A program made the position numbers and the translations under genes. DNA of 64,000 nt, taken from positions 111,664,001-111,728,000 of the forward strand of contig NC_086108.1 in assembly GCF_963921235.1 (NCBI RefSeq), written 5' to 3'. The notes below the pieces were generated by a model that had not been told where the DNA came from, searched no databases, and saw nothing but the letters and a program-made list of their open reading frames with translations. The stretch is from Mobula hypostoma (lineage: Eukaryota). This document shows positions 35,996-48,882 of this stretch, piece by piece; position 1 is the first letter of the stretch, and every line of letters begins with the position of its first letter.

Positions 35996-36968
35996 ATAGA
36001 CAATAGGTGCAGGAGTAGGCCATTCGGCCCTTCGAGCCAGCACCGCCATTCACTGTGATCACGGCTGATCATCCACAATCAATATCCAGTTCCTGCCTTA
36101 TCCCCATAACCTTTGATTCCGCTATCTTTAAGAGCTCTATCCATCTCTTTCTTGAAAGCATCCAGAGACTTGGCCTCCACAGCCTTCTGGACCAGAGCAT
36201 TCCATATATCCACCACTCTCCGGGTGAAAAAGTTTTTCCTCAACTCCGTTCTAAATGGCCTACCCCTTATTCTTAAACTGTGGCCTCTGGTTCTGGACTC
36301 ACCCATCAGCAGGAACATGCTTCCTGCCTCCAACGTGTCCAATCCCTTAATAATCTTATATGTTTCAATAAGATCCCCTCTCAGCCTTCTAAATTCCAGA
36401 GTATACAAGCCCAGTCGCTCCAATCTTTCGACATATGACAGTCCCGCCATCCCGGGAATTAACCTTGTGAACCTACGCTGCACTCCTTCAATGGCAAGAA
36501 TGTCCTTCCTCAAATTTGGAGACCAAAACTGCACACAGTACTCCAGGTGTGGTCTCACCAGGGCCCTGTACAGCTGCAGAAGGACCTCTTTGCTCTTATA
36601 CTCAATTCCCCTTGTTATGAAGGCCAGCATGCCATTAGCTTTCTTCACTGCCTGCTGTACTTGCATACTTGTTTTCAGTGACTGATGTACAAGAACACCT
36701 AGATCACGTTGTGCTTCCCCCTTTCCTAACTTGACTCCATTAGGATAATAATCTGCCTTCCTGTTCTTACCACCAAAGTGGATAACCTCACATTTATCCA
36801 CATTAAACTGCATCTGCCATGCATCTGCCCACTCACCCAGCCTGTCCAAGTCACCCTGCATTCTCATAACATCCTCCTCACATTTCACACTGCCACCCAG
36901 CTTTGTGTCATTGGCAAATTTGGTAATTTTACTTTTAATTCCCTCGTCTAAATCATTAACATATATTG
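35996..36968 (-). mobile_element. Young 5'-truncated CR1
   Basis: Open ORF2 C-terminus 36079-36888 (269 aa) plus 3'UTR and tail. Confidence 0.95.
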
Positions 36969-37920
36969 TCCTTGGGTCTGGTGGTAAATGTTATCACGTT
37001 CTTGTGGCTTCTGCTCAGTGGAAGAGATGAGAAGAGAGAGTGTTCAGGTTGGATGACGTCTTTGATTATGCAGGCTGCTTTAATGAGGCAGCAAGAAGTG
37101 TTGACAGAGTCCATGGAGGGGAGCCTGGTGTCTGTGATGTACTGAGTGTGTCTCCGCAGCTTTGAAGAGGTCAGTACTTGCAGTATGGGTGTAAGCAGGA
37201 TAATTAAGCTTGGGACATTTTCACAACCTACTAATTTAAAGATCAACATTAACATCAGATAACTGGAATTAACTGAATTTAGGGTGCTTGATTCCCACGT
37301 GGGATCTGAACTCTTATCCAGTTGCATGCACATGGAATTCTGCAGATGCTGGAAATCGAGAGGCGCACGCACAGAACGCTGGGGGAGCTCAGCAGGTCAC
37401 GCGGCATGTTTGGAAATGAATACACAGAGGACGTCAGCTCATGAGGCCCTTCTTCAGGACTGGAAAGGAAAGGGGGGGATTTGGACAATCCACATTTGGG
37501 GTGTGTGCAAAGAACTAATTTTTATTCAGGGCAATGATCAAGATTTTAAAGGCAGATTTTCCTGGCAGTTTTTCTGATCTGAACCAATCAGCAAGAGGGA
37601 TTCATTAGAAAGGGCAAATAATAATAATTCAAGTGCAAGAAGTGGCCATTCATTTGGGTTGTGCCGGTCTGTAGAGTGGCTTTGGCTCATCAGGCTGGGG
37701 TGAGGTAGATTGCCTTGGCACAGGGCCAAGAAGATTAGAGAGTTAAATGCTTGGCCCAAGGATTGGTGTGGGAGAAGTGGGTTTGAATGCATGGGAAACT
37801 GACACCAGTATTGGGGAAGGAGGGAGCTGTACCAAAGGGATGGGGTCCACCTGAACCGTGATGGGACCTGGATCCTAGCAAATTGCATAACACGGGCTGT
37901 GGATAGGGCTTTAAACTATT

Positions 37921-37937
37921 TTCTTTCTTTCTTTCTA

Positions 37938-37992
<55 letters not shown>

Positions 37993-38017
37993 ATCTCTAT
38001 CTCTATCTCTATCTCTC
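37921..38017. repeat. Compound (CTTT)/(CT)/(CTATCT) microsatellite
   Basis: Direct reading. Confidence 0.95.
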
Positions 38018-39809
38018 ATTCCTTAGTCAGAGCAACAGAGACTAGGTTCTGTGGGCGCGATACAGACACCCAGATGGCATGTTGCTTCCCTGGTGCCAGG
38101 ATCAGGGACGTCTCGGATTGGGTCCAAAACATTCTCCAGGGTGCGGTGAGCAGCCAGAAGTCTTGGTACATATTGACACCAATGATATAGGTGAGGAGGT
38201 CCTGAAGAGAGATTTTAGGGAGCTAGGTAAATCACTGAGAAACCACCAGGGTAGTAATCTCTGGATTGCTGCCTGTGCCACGTGCCAGTGAGGGCAAGAA
38301 TAGGATGATTTGGCAGGTGAGTGTGCGGCTGATGACACTGGTGCAGGGGCAGGGGTTCAGATTGCTCGATCATTGGGATCTCTTCTGGGGAAGGTATGAC
38401 CTGTAGAAAGGTGGTAATCTCTGGATTAAAGGTGGTAATGTGGATTACTACCTGAGCCACCTGCAAATTGGCACAGGGCCAAGAAGATTAGAGAGTTAAA
38501 TGCTTGGCCCAAGGATTGGTGTGGGAGAAGTGGGATTGAATGCATGGGAAACTGACACCAGTATTGGGGAAGGAGGGAGCTGTACCAAAGGGATGGGGTC
38601 CACCTGAACCGTGATGGGACCTGGATCCTAGCAAATTGCATAACACGGGCTGTGGATAGGGCTTTAAACTATATAGTAGGAGGTGGGTACAACAGATTGG
38701 AGAAGTATGGATAAGGTAAAAGAAAAAAGTGTGGATAAAGATAAAGTAAAAGCAAAAGTTAAAAAAGAAAACTCAAATGCAAAAGTCCAGATTTTAAAAG
38801 CACAATGAGTGTAAGGGCTTTTTATCTGAATACCCTCAGTACTTGAAACAAGATCAGTGAACTTGTGGCACAAATCAGTACAAAGGGGTATGATTTAGAG
38901 GCCATTACAGAAACATGGTTGCAGGGTGGAGAGGACTGGGAATTAAATATCCAAAGATATCAGGTAATACGGAAGGATAAGCAGGAAGGTAAGGGAGGTG
39001 GAGTAACACTCTTAGTTAAAGATGAGATCAGGGCGATAGTGAGAGATGATATAAAATCTAAGGAACAGAATGCTGAATCCATCTGGATAGAGATTAGAAA
39101 TAGTAAAGGGAAATAAATCACTTCTGGGAGTTGTCTATCGGCCACCGAATAATAACATTACAGTGGCACAGGCAATAAACAGAGAAATACCTGAGGTGTG
39201 TAAGAATGGAGCAGCAGTTATCATGGGGGATTTTAACTTGCACATAGATTGGGTGAATCATGCTGGTTGAGGTAGTCTTGAGGGAGACTTCATAGGATAC
39301 ACTCGTAATTGCTTTCTTGAACAGTATGTTACTGAACCTACAAGAGAACGTGTTATATTGGATCTGGTCCCATGCAATAAGACGGGTAAAATTAATGATC
39401 TTGTAGTTAGGGATCCTCTTGGAAAGAGTGATCACAGTGTGATTGAGTTTCTCAAACAAATGGAGGATGCAATAGTTCGATCCAAAACCTGTGTATTATG
39501 CCTAAACAATGGAGACTGCAATGGGATGAGGGAGGATTTGGCTGGAGCAGACTGGGAACACAGGCTAGGTGGTTGAATGGTTGAAGAACAGTACAAGACT
39601 TTCAAAGAGATTTTTCATGGTGTTCACCAGAATTATATTCCAGGTAAAAGCAAAGACAGTAAGGGTGGGGAGAGCCAGCCTTAGAAAATAAAAGAAGGCA
39701 TCAAACTAAAAGCTGGTGTGTACAAAATCACCAAGAGTAGTGGGAAACTGGAAGATTGGGAAAACATTAAAAAGCAACAAAGAACCACTAAGCGAGCAAT
39801 AAAGAAAGG

Positions 39810-40844
39810 CAAACACGAGGAATTCTGCAGATGCTGGAATTTCAAGCAACACACATCAAAGTTGCTGGTGAACGCAGCAGGCCAGGCAGCATCTCTAGGA
39901 AGAGGTACAGTCGACGTTTCAGGCCGAGACACTTCGTCAGGACTAACTGAAAGAAGAGATAGTAAGAGATTTCAATGTGGGAGGGGGAGGGGGAGATTTG
40001 AAATGATAGGAGAAGACAGGAGGGGGAGGGATGGAGCCAAGAGCTGGATGGGTGATTGGCAAAAGGGATATGAGAGGATCATGGGACAAGAGGCCCAGGG
40101 AGAAAGACAAGGGGGAGGGGGGGAAACCCAGAGGATGGGCAAGGGGTATAGTGAGAGGGACAGAGGGAGAAAATGGATGTGTGAATATAAATAAATAAAT
40201 AACGAATGGGGTACGAGGGGGAGGTGGGGCATTAGCAGAAGTTTGAGAAGTCAATGTTCATGCCATCAGGTTGGAGGCTACCCAGACGGAATATAAGGAG
40301 TTGTTCCTCCAACCTGAGTGTGGCTTCATCTTTAAAGTAGAGGAGGCCGTGGATAGACATATCAGATTGGGAATGGGACGTGGAATTAAAATGAGCGGCC
40401 ACTGGGAGATCCTGATTTCTCTGGCGGACAGAGCGTAGGTGTTCAGCAAAACGATCTCCCAGTCTGCATCAGGCAGGTCTCGCCAATATATAGAAGGCCG
40501 CATCGGGAGCACCGGATGCAGTATATCACCCCAGCCGACTCACAGGTGAAGTGTCGCCTCACCTGGAAGGACTGTTTGGGGCCCTGAATAGTGGTAAGGG
40601 AGGAAGTGTAAGGGCAGGTGTAGCACTTGTTCCGCTTACAATGATAAGTGCCAGGAGGGAGATTGGTGGGGAGGGATGGGGGGTACGAATGGACAAGGGA
40701 GACACTTAGGAAGCAATCCCTGCGGAAAGCAGAGAGGGGCGGGGAGGGAAAGATGTGTTCAGTGAAACAATCTCCCAGTCTGCGTTGGGTCTTTCAGCAA
40801 AACGATCTCCCAGTCTGCGTCGGGTCTTCAGCGAAATGATCTCT
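39810..40844 (-). mobile_element. 5'-truncated Penelope-like element with GIY-YIG remnant and pLTR
   Basis: 12-bp TSD AATAAAGAAAGG at 39798-39809 and 40845-40856. Minus strand at ~40480-40570 reads FTCESAGVIYCIRCSRCGLLYIGET. Confidence 0.9.
39909..39944 (-). ncRNA. Minimal hammerhead ribozyme motif
   Basis: AGUC-CUGACGA-AGUGUCUCGGCCU-GAAACGUC-GACU. Core intact, one stem II substitution. Confidence 0.7.
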
Positions 40845-40921
40845 AATAAAGAAAGGGAAGTAGATTATGAAAATAGACTAGCACAAAATATAAAAACAGA
40901 TGATAAAAGATTTTACGGTTA

Positions 40922-41401
40922 CAAGGGGTGATTGATAAGATTGTGACCTAAGGTAGAAGGAGTCAATTTTAGAAAACCTAGCACATTTATTTTTCAACAT
41001 AGTCCCCTCCTACATTTACACACTTAGTCCAGCGGTCGTGGAGCATACGGATCCCTTCTTTGTAGAAGTGGTCCACGGCAGGGGTGATTGTTAAGTTTGT
41101 GGCCTAAGGTAGAAGGAAATGAGTTGTACAGCTCTCGTTACACACACGTGCAGTTCAACTCTGAGTGAAAATGCAGGAAGTTTGAAGTTTCTCCTCATCT
41201 CCTTCTACCTTAGACAACGTACTTATAAATCACCCCTGCTGTAGACCACTTCTGGAGGTCCCAGACGCCGACTTCTACAAAGAAGGGATCCATATGCTCC
41301 ACCACCATTAGATTAAATGTGTAAATGTAGGAAAAATAAATGTGCTAGGTTTTCTAAAATTGACTCCTACCTTAGGGCATGAACTTATCAATCACCCTTC
41401 G
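40922..41401. mobile_element. Tc1/mariner-type MITE
   Basis: TA on both sides. ~70-bp TIRs (caaggggtgattgataag...aattttagaaaacctagcacatttattttt and complement). Almost wholly palindromic. Confidence 0.85.
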
Positions 41402-42653
41402 TATATAAAGTGGAAAAGGGCAGCTAAAGGTAGACAATCCCCTTGTCCTGATGGAATGCATCCCTGGGTGCTGAAAGAAATGGCAGAGGTTATAGTATAG
41501 GCTTTGGTGATAATTTACCAAAGTTCTTTGGACTCGGAGTAGGTCCCAACGGATTGGAAGACGGTGAATGTCACACCACTGTTCAAAACAGTTTGTCGGC
41601 AAAAGGCAGGTAACTATAGGCCAGTTAATTTAACATCTGTAGTTGGGAAAATGCTTGAAGCTATCATTAAAGAAGAAATAGCGAAGCATCTGGAAAGAAA
41701 TTGATCCATCAGGCAGACGCAGCATGGATTCAGAAAAGGCAGGTCCTATTTGACAGACTTACTGGAGTTCTTTGAGGATATAATGAGTGCAGAGGATAGA
41801 GGGGAACAGATGGGCATTACTTGGATTTCCAGAAGGCAGTTGATAAGGTGTCACATAAAAGACTTATCCATAAGATAAGGATGCATAGAGTTGGGGCTAA
41901 TGTATTAGCATGGAAAGAGGATTGATTAATCAATAGAAAGCAGGGAGTTGGGATACATGGGTGTTGGTGGTGAGTGGTGTGCCACAGGGGTCAGTACTGG
42001 GCCCATAACTATCCCAATATAAATTAACGATCTGGAAGAGGGGCTGTGTGTAGTGTATCTAAGTTTGCTGATGGCACTAAATTGAGTGGAAAAACAAATT
42101 GTGCAGAAGATATGGAGAGACTGCAGAAAGATATCAATAGGTTAAGCAAGGGTCTGGCAGATGGAGTACAATGTTGGTAAATGCAAGACCATCCACTTTG
42201 GAAAGGAAATGAAAGAGCAGGTTATTATTTAAATGGTAAAATTTTGCAGCATGCTGCTATGCAGATAGATTTGGGAGTGCTTGTGCATGAATCACAAAAG
42301 GTTGGTTTGCAGGTGCAGCAGGCTATCAAGAAGCCATATGGAATGTTGGCCTTCATTGCTAGAGTAATTGAAGTTAAAAGCAGGGACATTATATTGCAAC
42401 TATACAGGGTACTGGTGAGGCTGCACATGGAGTACTGCATGCAGTTCTAGTCTCCTAACCTGAAAAAGGATATACTGGCTTCGGAGGTGGTGCAGAGGAG
42501 GTTCACCAGGTTGATTCCAGAGATGAGGGGGTTAGACTATGAGGAGAGATTGAGTCACCTGGGACTGTACTCACTGGAATTCAGAAGAATGAGAGGGGAT
42601 CTTATAGAAACAAATAAAATTATGAAAGGGATATATAAGATAGAGGCAGGAAA

Positions 42654-43126
42654 TTCCTGGGATGGCAGGTCTTTCATATGAAGAAAGACTGGATGAACTG
42701 GGCTTGTACTCGTTGGAATTTAGAAGATTGAGGGGGGATCTGATTGAAACGTATAAGATCCTAAAGGGATTGGACAGGCTAGATGCGGGAAGATTGTTCC
42801 CGATGTTGGGGAGGTCTAGAACGAGGGGTCACAGTTTGAGGATAGAGGGGAAGCCTTTTAGGACCGAGGTTAGGAAAAACTTCTTCACACAGAGAGTGGT
42901 GAATCTGTGGAATTCTCTGCCACAGCAAACTGTTGAGGCCAGTTCATTAGCTATGTTTAAAAGGAAGTTAGATATGGCCCTTGTGGCTACAGGGGTCACG
43001 GGGTATGGAGGGAAGGCTGGGTTCTGAGTTGGATGATCAGCCATGATCATAATAAATGGCGGTGCAGGCTCGAAGGGCCGAATGGCCTACTCCTGCACCT
43101 ATTTTCTATGTTTCTATGTTTCTATG
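42654..43126 (+). mobile_element. Young 5'-truncated CR1 (same subfamily as 51.9-55.9 kb)
   Basis: Near-identical to ~55473-55950. (TTTCTATG)n tail. GAAA duplicated at the insertion site in the host CR1. Confidence 0.92.
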
Positions 43127-43957
43127 AAAGTTGTTTCCACTGGTAGGTGAGACTAGAACTAAGGGATATGGCCTCAGGATTCGGGGAGTAAAATTTGGAC
43201 GGAGATGAGGAGGAACTGCTTTTCCCAGAGAGTGGTGGATCTGTGGAATTCTCTGCCCAATGAAGCAGTGGAGGCTACCTCAGTAAATATATTTAAGACA
43301 AGGTTGGATAGATTTTTGCATCGTAGGGGAATTAAGGGTTGTGGGGAAAAGGCAGGTGGGTGAAGGTGAGTCCATGGCCAGATCAGCCGTGATCTTATTG
43401 AATGGCGGAGCAGGTCTGACGGGCCAAATGGCCGACTCCTGCTCCTATTTCTTATATTCTTAAATAGAACAGTTTAAATCTGAATTCAAGGGTGTCCAAT
43501 ATCCTTGCAGGCTGGTTGGCTAGAGTTGTTTGGGAGGGTTAAGCTAATTTGGCGTGGGGATGGGAGTTGGAGTGATCATGCTGAAAATGAGGTAGTTGGT
43601 TTACAAACAGAGGCAATGTGTAGTGAGACTCCTAGCAAGGAGAGACTAATGACAGGGCAAAATTACAGTCAACAGGGTGAGCTGCAACATAACAGGCAGA
43701 CAAAATCGAATGTCGGTGTTATATTTGAATGCACGCAATATACGGAATAAATTCAATGAACTTGTAGCACAGTTACAGATTGGCCAGTATGATGTTGTAG
43801 GCATCACTGAGTCATGGCAGAAAGAAGATTATAACTGGAAGCTTAATGTCCAAGTTTACATATTGTATTGAAAAGACTGACAGGAAGGCAGAGGGGGGTG
43901 CTTGGCTCAGTTGGTAAAAATGAAATTAAGTCATTAGAAAGAGGTGACATAAGGTCG

Positions 43958-46195
43958 GAACATAAGAACATAAGAAACAGGAGCAGAAGAAGGCCATCCA
44001 GTCCATCGAGCCTGCCCCGCCATTCAACAAGATCTTGGCTGATCTGTCCGTAAACTCAGCTCCATCTACCTGCCTTTTCCCCATAACCCTTAATTCCCCT
44101 TACTATGTAAAAATCTATCTAATTGTATCTTAAATATATTTAGTGAAGAAGCCTCAACTGCTTCCTTGGGCAGAGAATTCCGTAGATTCACCACTCTCTG
44201 GGAAAAACAGTTTCTCCTCATCTCCATCCTAAATCTTCTCCCCTGAATCTTGAGGCAATGTCCCCTAGTTCTAGTCTCACTTACCAATGGAAACAACTTT
44301 CCTACTTCTTTCTTATCTATCCCTTTCAAAATTTTGTATGTTTCTATAAGATCCCCTCTCATTCTTCTGAATTCCAGAGAGTATAGTCCCAGGCGACTCA
44401 ATCTCTCCTCATAGGTTAACCCCTTCATCCCTGGAATCAACCTGGTGAACCTCCTCTGCACTGCCTCCAAAGCCAGTATATCCTTCCTCAAGTAAGGAGA
44501 CCAGAACTGCACACAGTACTCCAGGTGCAGCCTCACCAGTACCCTGTATAGTTGCAGCATGACCTCCCTGCTTTTGAATTCAATCCCTCTAGCAATGAAG
44601 GCCAACATTCTGTTTGTCTTCTTAATAACCTGTGTACTTGCAAGCCAACTGTTTGATATTCATGCATAAGCACTCCCAAGTCCCTCTGTACAACAGCATG
44701 CTGCAATCTTTCATCATTTAAATAATAATCTGATCTTCTATTATTCCTTCCAAAGTGGATGATCTCACATTTACCAATGTTGTATTCCATCTGCCAGACC
44801 TTGGCCCACTCACTTAACCTATCTATATCCCTCTGCAGATTCTCCACATCCTCTGTACAATTTGCTTTTCCACTCAGTTTAGTGTCATCAGCAAATTTTA
44901 CTACGCTACACTCAGTCCCCTCTTCCAAATCATCAATGTAAATGGTAAACACCTGCAGGCCCAGCACCGACCCCTGCAGCACCCCACTCACCACTGACTG
45001 CCAACCAGAGAAACACCCATTTATACCAACTCTCTGCCTTCTACTGGTTAACCAATCCACTATCCATGCCAATACACTTCCTCCAACTCCATGCATCCAT
45101 ATCTTATTTATAAGTCTCTTGTGCAGCACCTTATCGAATGCCTTCTGGAAATCCAAGTATACAACATCCACCTCTATCCACTGCACTCATTATCTCCTCA
45201 AAGAACTCCAGTAAATTTGTCAAACAGGACCTGCCCTTTCTGAATCCATGCTGCGTCTGTCTAATGGAACCACTCCTTTCTAAATGTTTCACTATTTCTT
45301 CCTTAGTGACAGCTTCAAGCATTTTCCTGACTACAGATGTTAAGTTAATTGGCCGATAGTTGTCCATCTTCTGCCTACATCCTTTTTAAAAGAAAGTGGC
45401 GTGACATTTGCTGTCCTCCAATCTGCCGGGACCTGCCCAGAGTCTAGAGAATTTTGGTAAATGATTGCCAACCCATCTACTATCACCTCCGCCAATTCCC
45501 TCAGCACCCTGGGATGCATCCCATCAGGACAAGGGTACTTGTCTACCTTTAGGCCCTCTAGTTTACCTATCACTATCTCTTTAGTGACAGTGATTATATC
45601 GAGGTCCTCACCTCCCATTTCGTCCATAACATCATTCTTTGGCATATTAGACACGTGCTCCACCGTGAAGACCAACACAAAATAGTCGTCCAATGCCTCA
45701 GCCATTTCCTTATCACCCAATATCAATTATTCCTTCTTGTCCTCCAAGGGATCTACATTGACTTTAGCCACCCTCTTCTGCTTTATATATTTATTAAAAA
45801 TTTTGCTATCTGTTTGTATATTTTGTGCTAATTTACTTTCATACTCTATCTTCCCTTTCCTTATTTCTTGTTTAGTTGTTCTTTGTTGCTTTTTAAAGTT
45901 TTCCCAATCCTCCAGTTTCCCACTACTCTTTCTGACTTTGTACACGAGCTTTTAATTTGATACTATCTTTTATTTCCTTAGTTATCCAAGGCTGGCTCTC
46001 CCCACATTTACTGTCCTTACTTTTGACTGGAATATTCTTTTGTTGAGCACTGTGAAAAATCTCTTTGAAAGTATTCCAGTGTTCCTCAACTGTCCTACCA
46101 AATATCCTGTGCTCCCAATCCACATTAGCCAACTCCTCCTTCATCCTGTTGTAGTCCCCCTTGTTCAAGCATAATACACTAGTTTTCGATCTAAC
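43958..46195 (-). mobile_element. CR1 ORF2 (RT half) inserted into a plus-strand CR1 APE fragment (~43470-46490)
   Basis: ORFs 44090-44608, 44533-45186, 45131-45367, 45340-45726, 45727-45945 and 45923-46219. (TTCTTATG)n tail. Confidence 0.92.
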
Positions 46196-46656
46196 TAGTT
46201 TTAGAAGATGTTGAAGCATTGTGGATAGAGCTAAGGGTAAAAATACACTGGTGGGAGTTGTATACAGACCCCCAAACAGTTAGAACGATGTGGTCTTCAA
46301 GTTATAATGGGAGACAGAAAATGCATGCCAAAAGGGCAATGTCACAATAGTCATGGGGGACTTCAAAATGTGGGTAGATTTGGAAAATCAGGTTGGTGCA
46401 GGATTCCAAGAGGGGTAATTTCTGGAATGCATACAAAATGGCTTTTTAGAGCAGCTCATGGTTGAGCCCACTAGGGAATCATTGAATGGTGAAAGGCCTT
46501 GATAGAAAATGAGAGGACACAACCTCAAAATAGAGGGCTGTCCTTTTAGAAGAAAGCTAGATAGATAGATAGAAGAATGGATATGAGGAGGAATTCTTTA
46601 GCCAAAAAGTGGCGAATCTGTGGAATTCTTTGCAGCTGTGGAGGCCAAGTGTTTAT

Positions 46657-47370
46657 AGAACATAGAATAGTACAGCACAGTACAGGCCCTTTGGCCCACA
46701 TTGTTGTGCCGACCCTCAAACCCTGCCTCTCATATAAGCACCCACCTTAAATTCCTCCATATACCTGTCTAGTAGTCTCTTAAACTTCACTAGTGTATCT
46801 GCCTCCACCACTGACTCAGGCAGTGCATTCCACGCACCAACCACTCTCTGAGTAAAAAACCTTCCTCTAATATCCCCCTTGAACTTCCCACCCCTTACCT
46901 TAAAGCCATGTCCTCTTGTATTGAGCAGTGGTGCCCTGGGGAAGAGGCACTGGCTATCCACTCTATCTATTCCTCTTATTATCTTGTACACCTCTATCAT
47001 GTCTCCTCTCATCCTCCTCCTCTCCAAAGAGTAAAGCCCTAGCTCCCTTAATCTCTGATCATAATCCATACTTTCTAAACCAGGCAGCATCCTGGTAAAT
47101 CTCCTTTCCAATGCTTCCATATCCTTCCTATAGTGAGGTGACCAGAACTGGACACAATACTCCAAGTGTGGCCTAACCAGAGTTTTATAGAGCTGCATCA
47201 TTACATCGTAACTCTTAAACTCTATCCCTCGACTTATGAAAGCTAACACCCCATAAGCTTTCTTAACTACCCTATCCACCTGTGAGGCAACTTTCAGGGA
47301 TCTGTGGACATGTACCCCGAGATCCCTCTGCTCCTCCACACTACCAAGTATCCTGACATTTACTTTGTAC
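46657..47370 (-). mobile_element. 5'-truncated CR1 nested in a CR1 3' end (~46485-47540)
   Basis: ORF 46716-47339. 7-bp TSD TGTTTAT at 46650-46656 and 47371-47377. Confidence 0.92.
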
Positions 47371-47825
47371 TGTTTATGTATATTTACGGCAGAGGTTGGA
47401 AGATTCTTGATTGGTCAGGGCATGAACAGATATGAGTAGAAGGCAGGAGACTGGGGCTGAGAGAAAAAATGGATCAGCCATGATGAAATGGCAGCAGACC
47501 CGATGGGCCAAATGGCCTAATTCTACTCCTATGTCTTATGGTGCCTTCTTCGGCACTGGGAAGGAAGGGGGGAGACGCCAGGTTAAAATCTTATTCAGAT
47601 TGTCGATTCAAACTGGAGTCAGGATATTGCAGATGCTGGAATGTAGAGAAACACACAAAACTTTGGCCGGCTTAGCCAGCCAGGCAGCATCTATGGAGAG
47701 ATGCTTTTATTAAACTGTGTTTCCCTTGTCCAATGAGATTGACTCTTGATCTTCAGATTACCTCATTATGACTTTAAACACAAGAGAGTCTGCAGACTAT
47801 CTTGCATTATTTCATTAGGAGTCTG

Positions 47826-48353
47826 GCTGCATTTCATTAGGAGTTTGAGGAGGTTTGGCTTGTCACCTAAAACACTCGAAAACTTCTACAGGTGGAGACA
47901 GTTCCGAGAGGCTGCGCCACTGTCTGGCATGGGAGGGGGTTCTGCACAGGATCGACAGAAGTTACAGTAAGTTGTAAAGTTAGACATCTCCATCGTGGGC
48001 ACTAGCCTCCATAGTATTCAAGACATCTTCAAGGAACGGTGTCTCAGAAAGGCGGCGTCCACATTAAGACCCCCCCCCCCACCCACCCAGGACAGACCCT
48101 CTTCTCACTGTTACCATCAGGAAGGAGGTACAGAAGCCTGAAGCTACACACTCAGCGATTCAGGAACAGCTTTCCCTCTGCCATCCGACATTGAACCCGT
48201 GAACACTACCTCACTTCTAGTATTTCTGTTTTTGCACTATTTTAACTATTTAACATACATGATTGACTCGTTTATTTTGTTTTCTATATTTATCACGTAT
48301 TGCATCGTACCGCTGTCGGTAAATCAACACATTTCACGACACATGCCGGTGCT
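47826..48353 (+). mobile_element. Rex1-type LINE 3' fragment
   Basis: LHFIRSLRRFGLSPKTLENFYR, LLPSGRRYRSL motifs and a 3'UTR. Confidence 0.8.
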
Positions 48354-48410
48354 ATGCAATACGTGATAAATATAGAAAACAAAATAAACGAGTCAATCAT
48401 GTATGTTAAA
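48249..48410. repeat. Perfect 57-bp inverted repeat with 48-bp spacer
   Basis: 48249-48305 is the exact reverse complement of 48354-48410. Confidence 0.95.
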
Positions 48411-48729
48411 CGCAGAGCGTCTCGTTGTGCCGTTGTACCTGATTAAAAGTGCAATCTGTAACTGTAACACTTTATTCTGCATGATTGTTTATCTTTGTCT
48501 CCGTCAATGCACGGTGTAATAATTTGATCTGTATGAACAGTATACAAGTTTTTCACTGTACATGTCACAGTAATAGAACGATTTGCAATGAGGAATCCAC
48601 TGCGGTGTGGGAATGGAAATATGACCAGATTAACCTGCGTAATGATATATCAGCTGTAAAGATAATTTTAAGTCTGTTAAAAACTATTTTAAACATTCAA
48701 CCCGAAACCCCCAATATCCCGGGAATTCC

Positions 48730-48830
48730 GTGGATGGCACATGCGTACACTAGCCGTGGCAGCCAATCAGCAGCGCTCGTCGCCGACACCTAGCAACGCC
48801 CCTGGAGACCAAGGACGCCGGAAGGGAGCG
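48730..48830 (+). promoter_or_regulatory. CpG-rich promoter with NRF1-like, CCAAT, RFX X-box-like and ETS motifs
   Basis: GCACATGCGT 48737-48746, AGCCAATCAG 48761-48770, GACACCTAGCAAC 48785-48797, CCGGAAG 48818-48824. Confidence 0.75.
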
Positions 48831-48876
48831 GTGGTCAATTTGGAGCTGGAGGCCGACAACGGCTGTGGCGGCCAGG

Positions 48877-48882
48877 ATGAAT
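48877..48882 (+). CDS. Putative coding end of exon 1 (Met-Asn) of a divergent gene
   Basis: AGGATGAAT|GTAAGT: ATG with A at -3, consensus donor, phase 0, matching the phase-0 exon at 61919. Confidence 0.55.

Larger units (their letters stand above)
38030..43460 (+). mobile_element. Long degenerate CR1 region (ORF1 esterase remnants, APE, RT, 3'UTR) hosting a PLE, a mariner MITE and a young CR1
   Basis: VHIDTNDI, ITETWLQG, GKSDHSVIEF and RT motifs are collinear across insertions at 39810-40844, 40922-41401 and 42654-43126. May include more than one copy. Confidence 0.85.

Noticed and set aside
36113..36685. Long antisense ORFs over CR1 ORF2 (also 53188-53703, 7428-7844)
   Set aside because: Shadow frames of the LINE coding strand.
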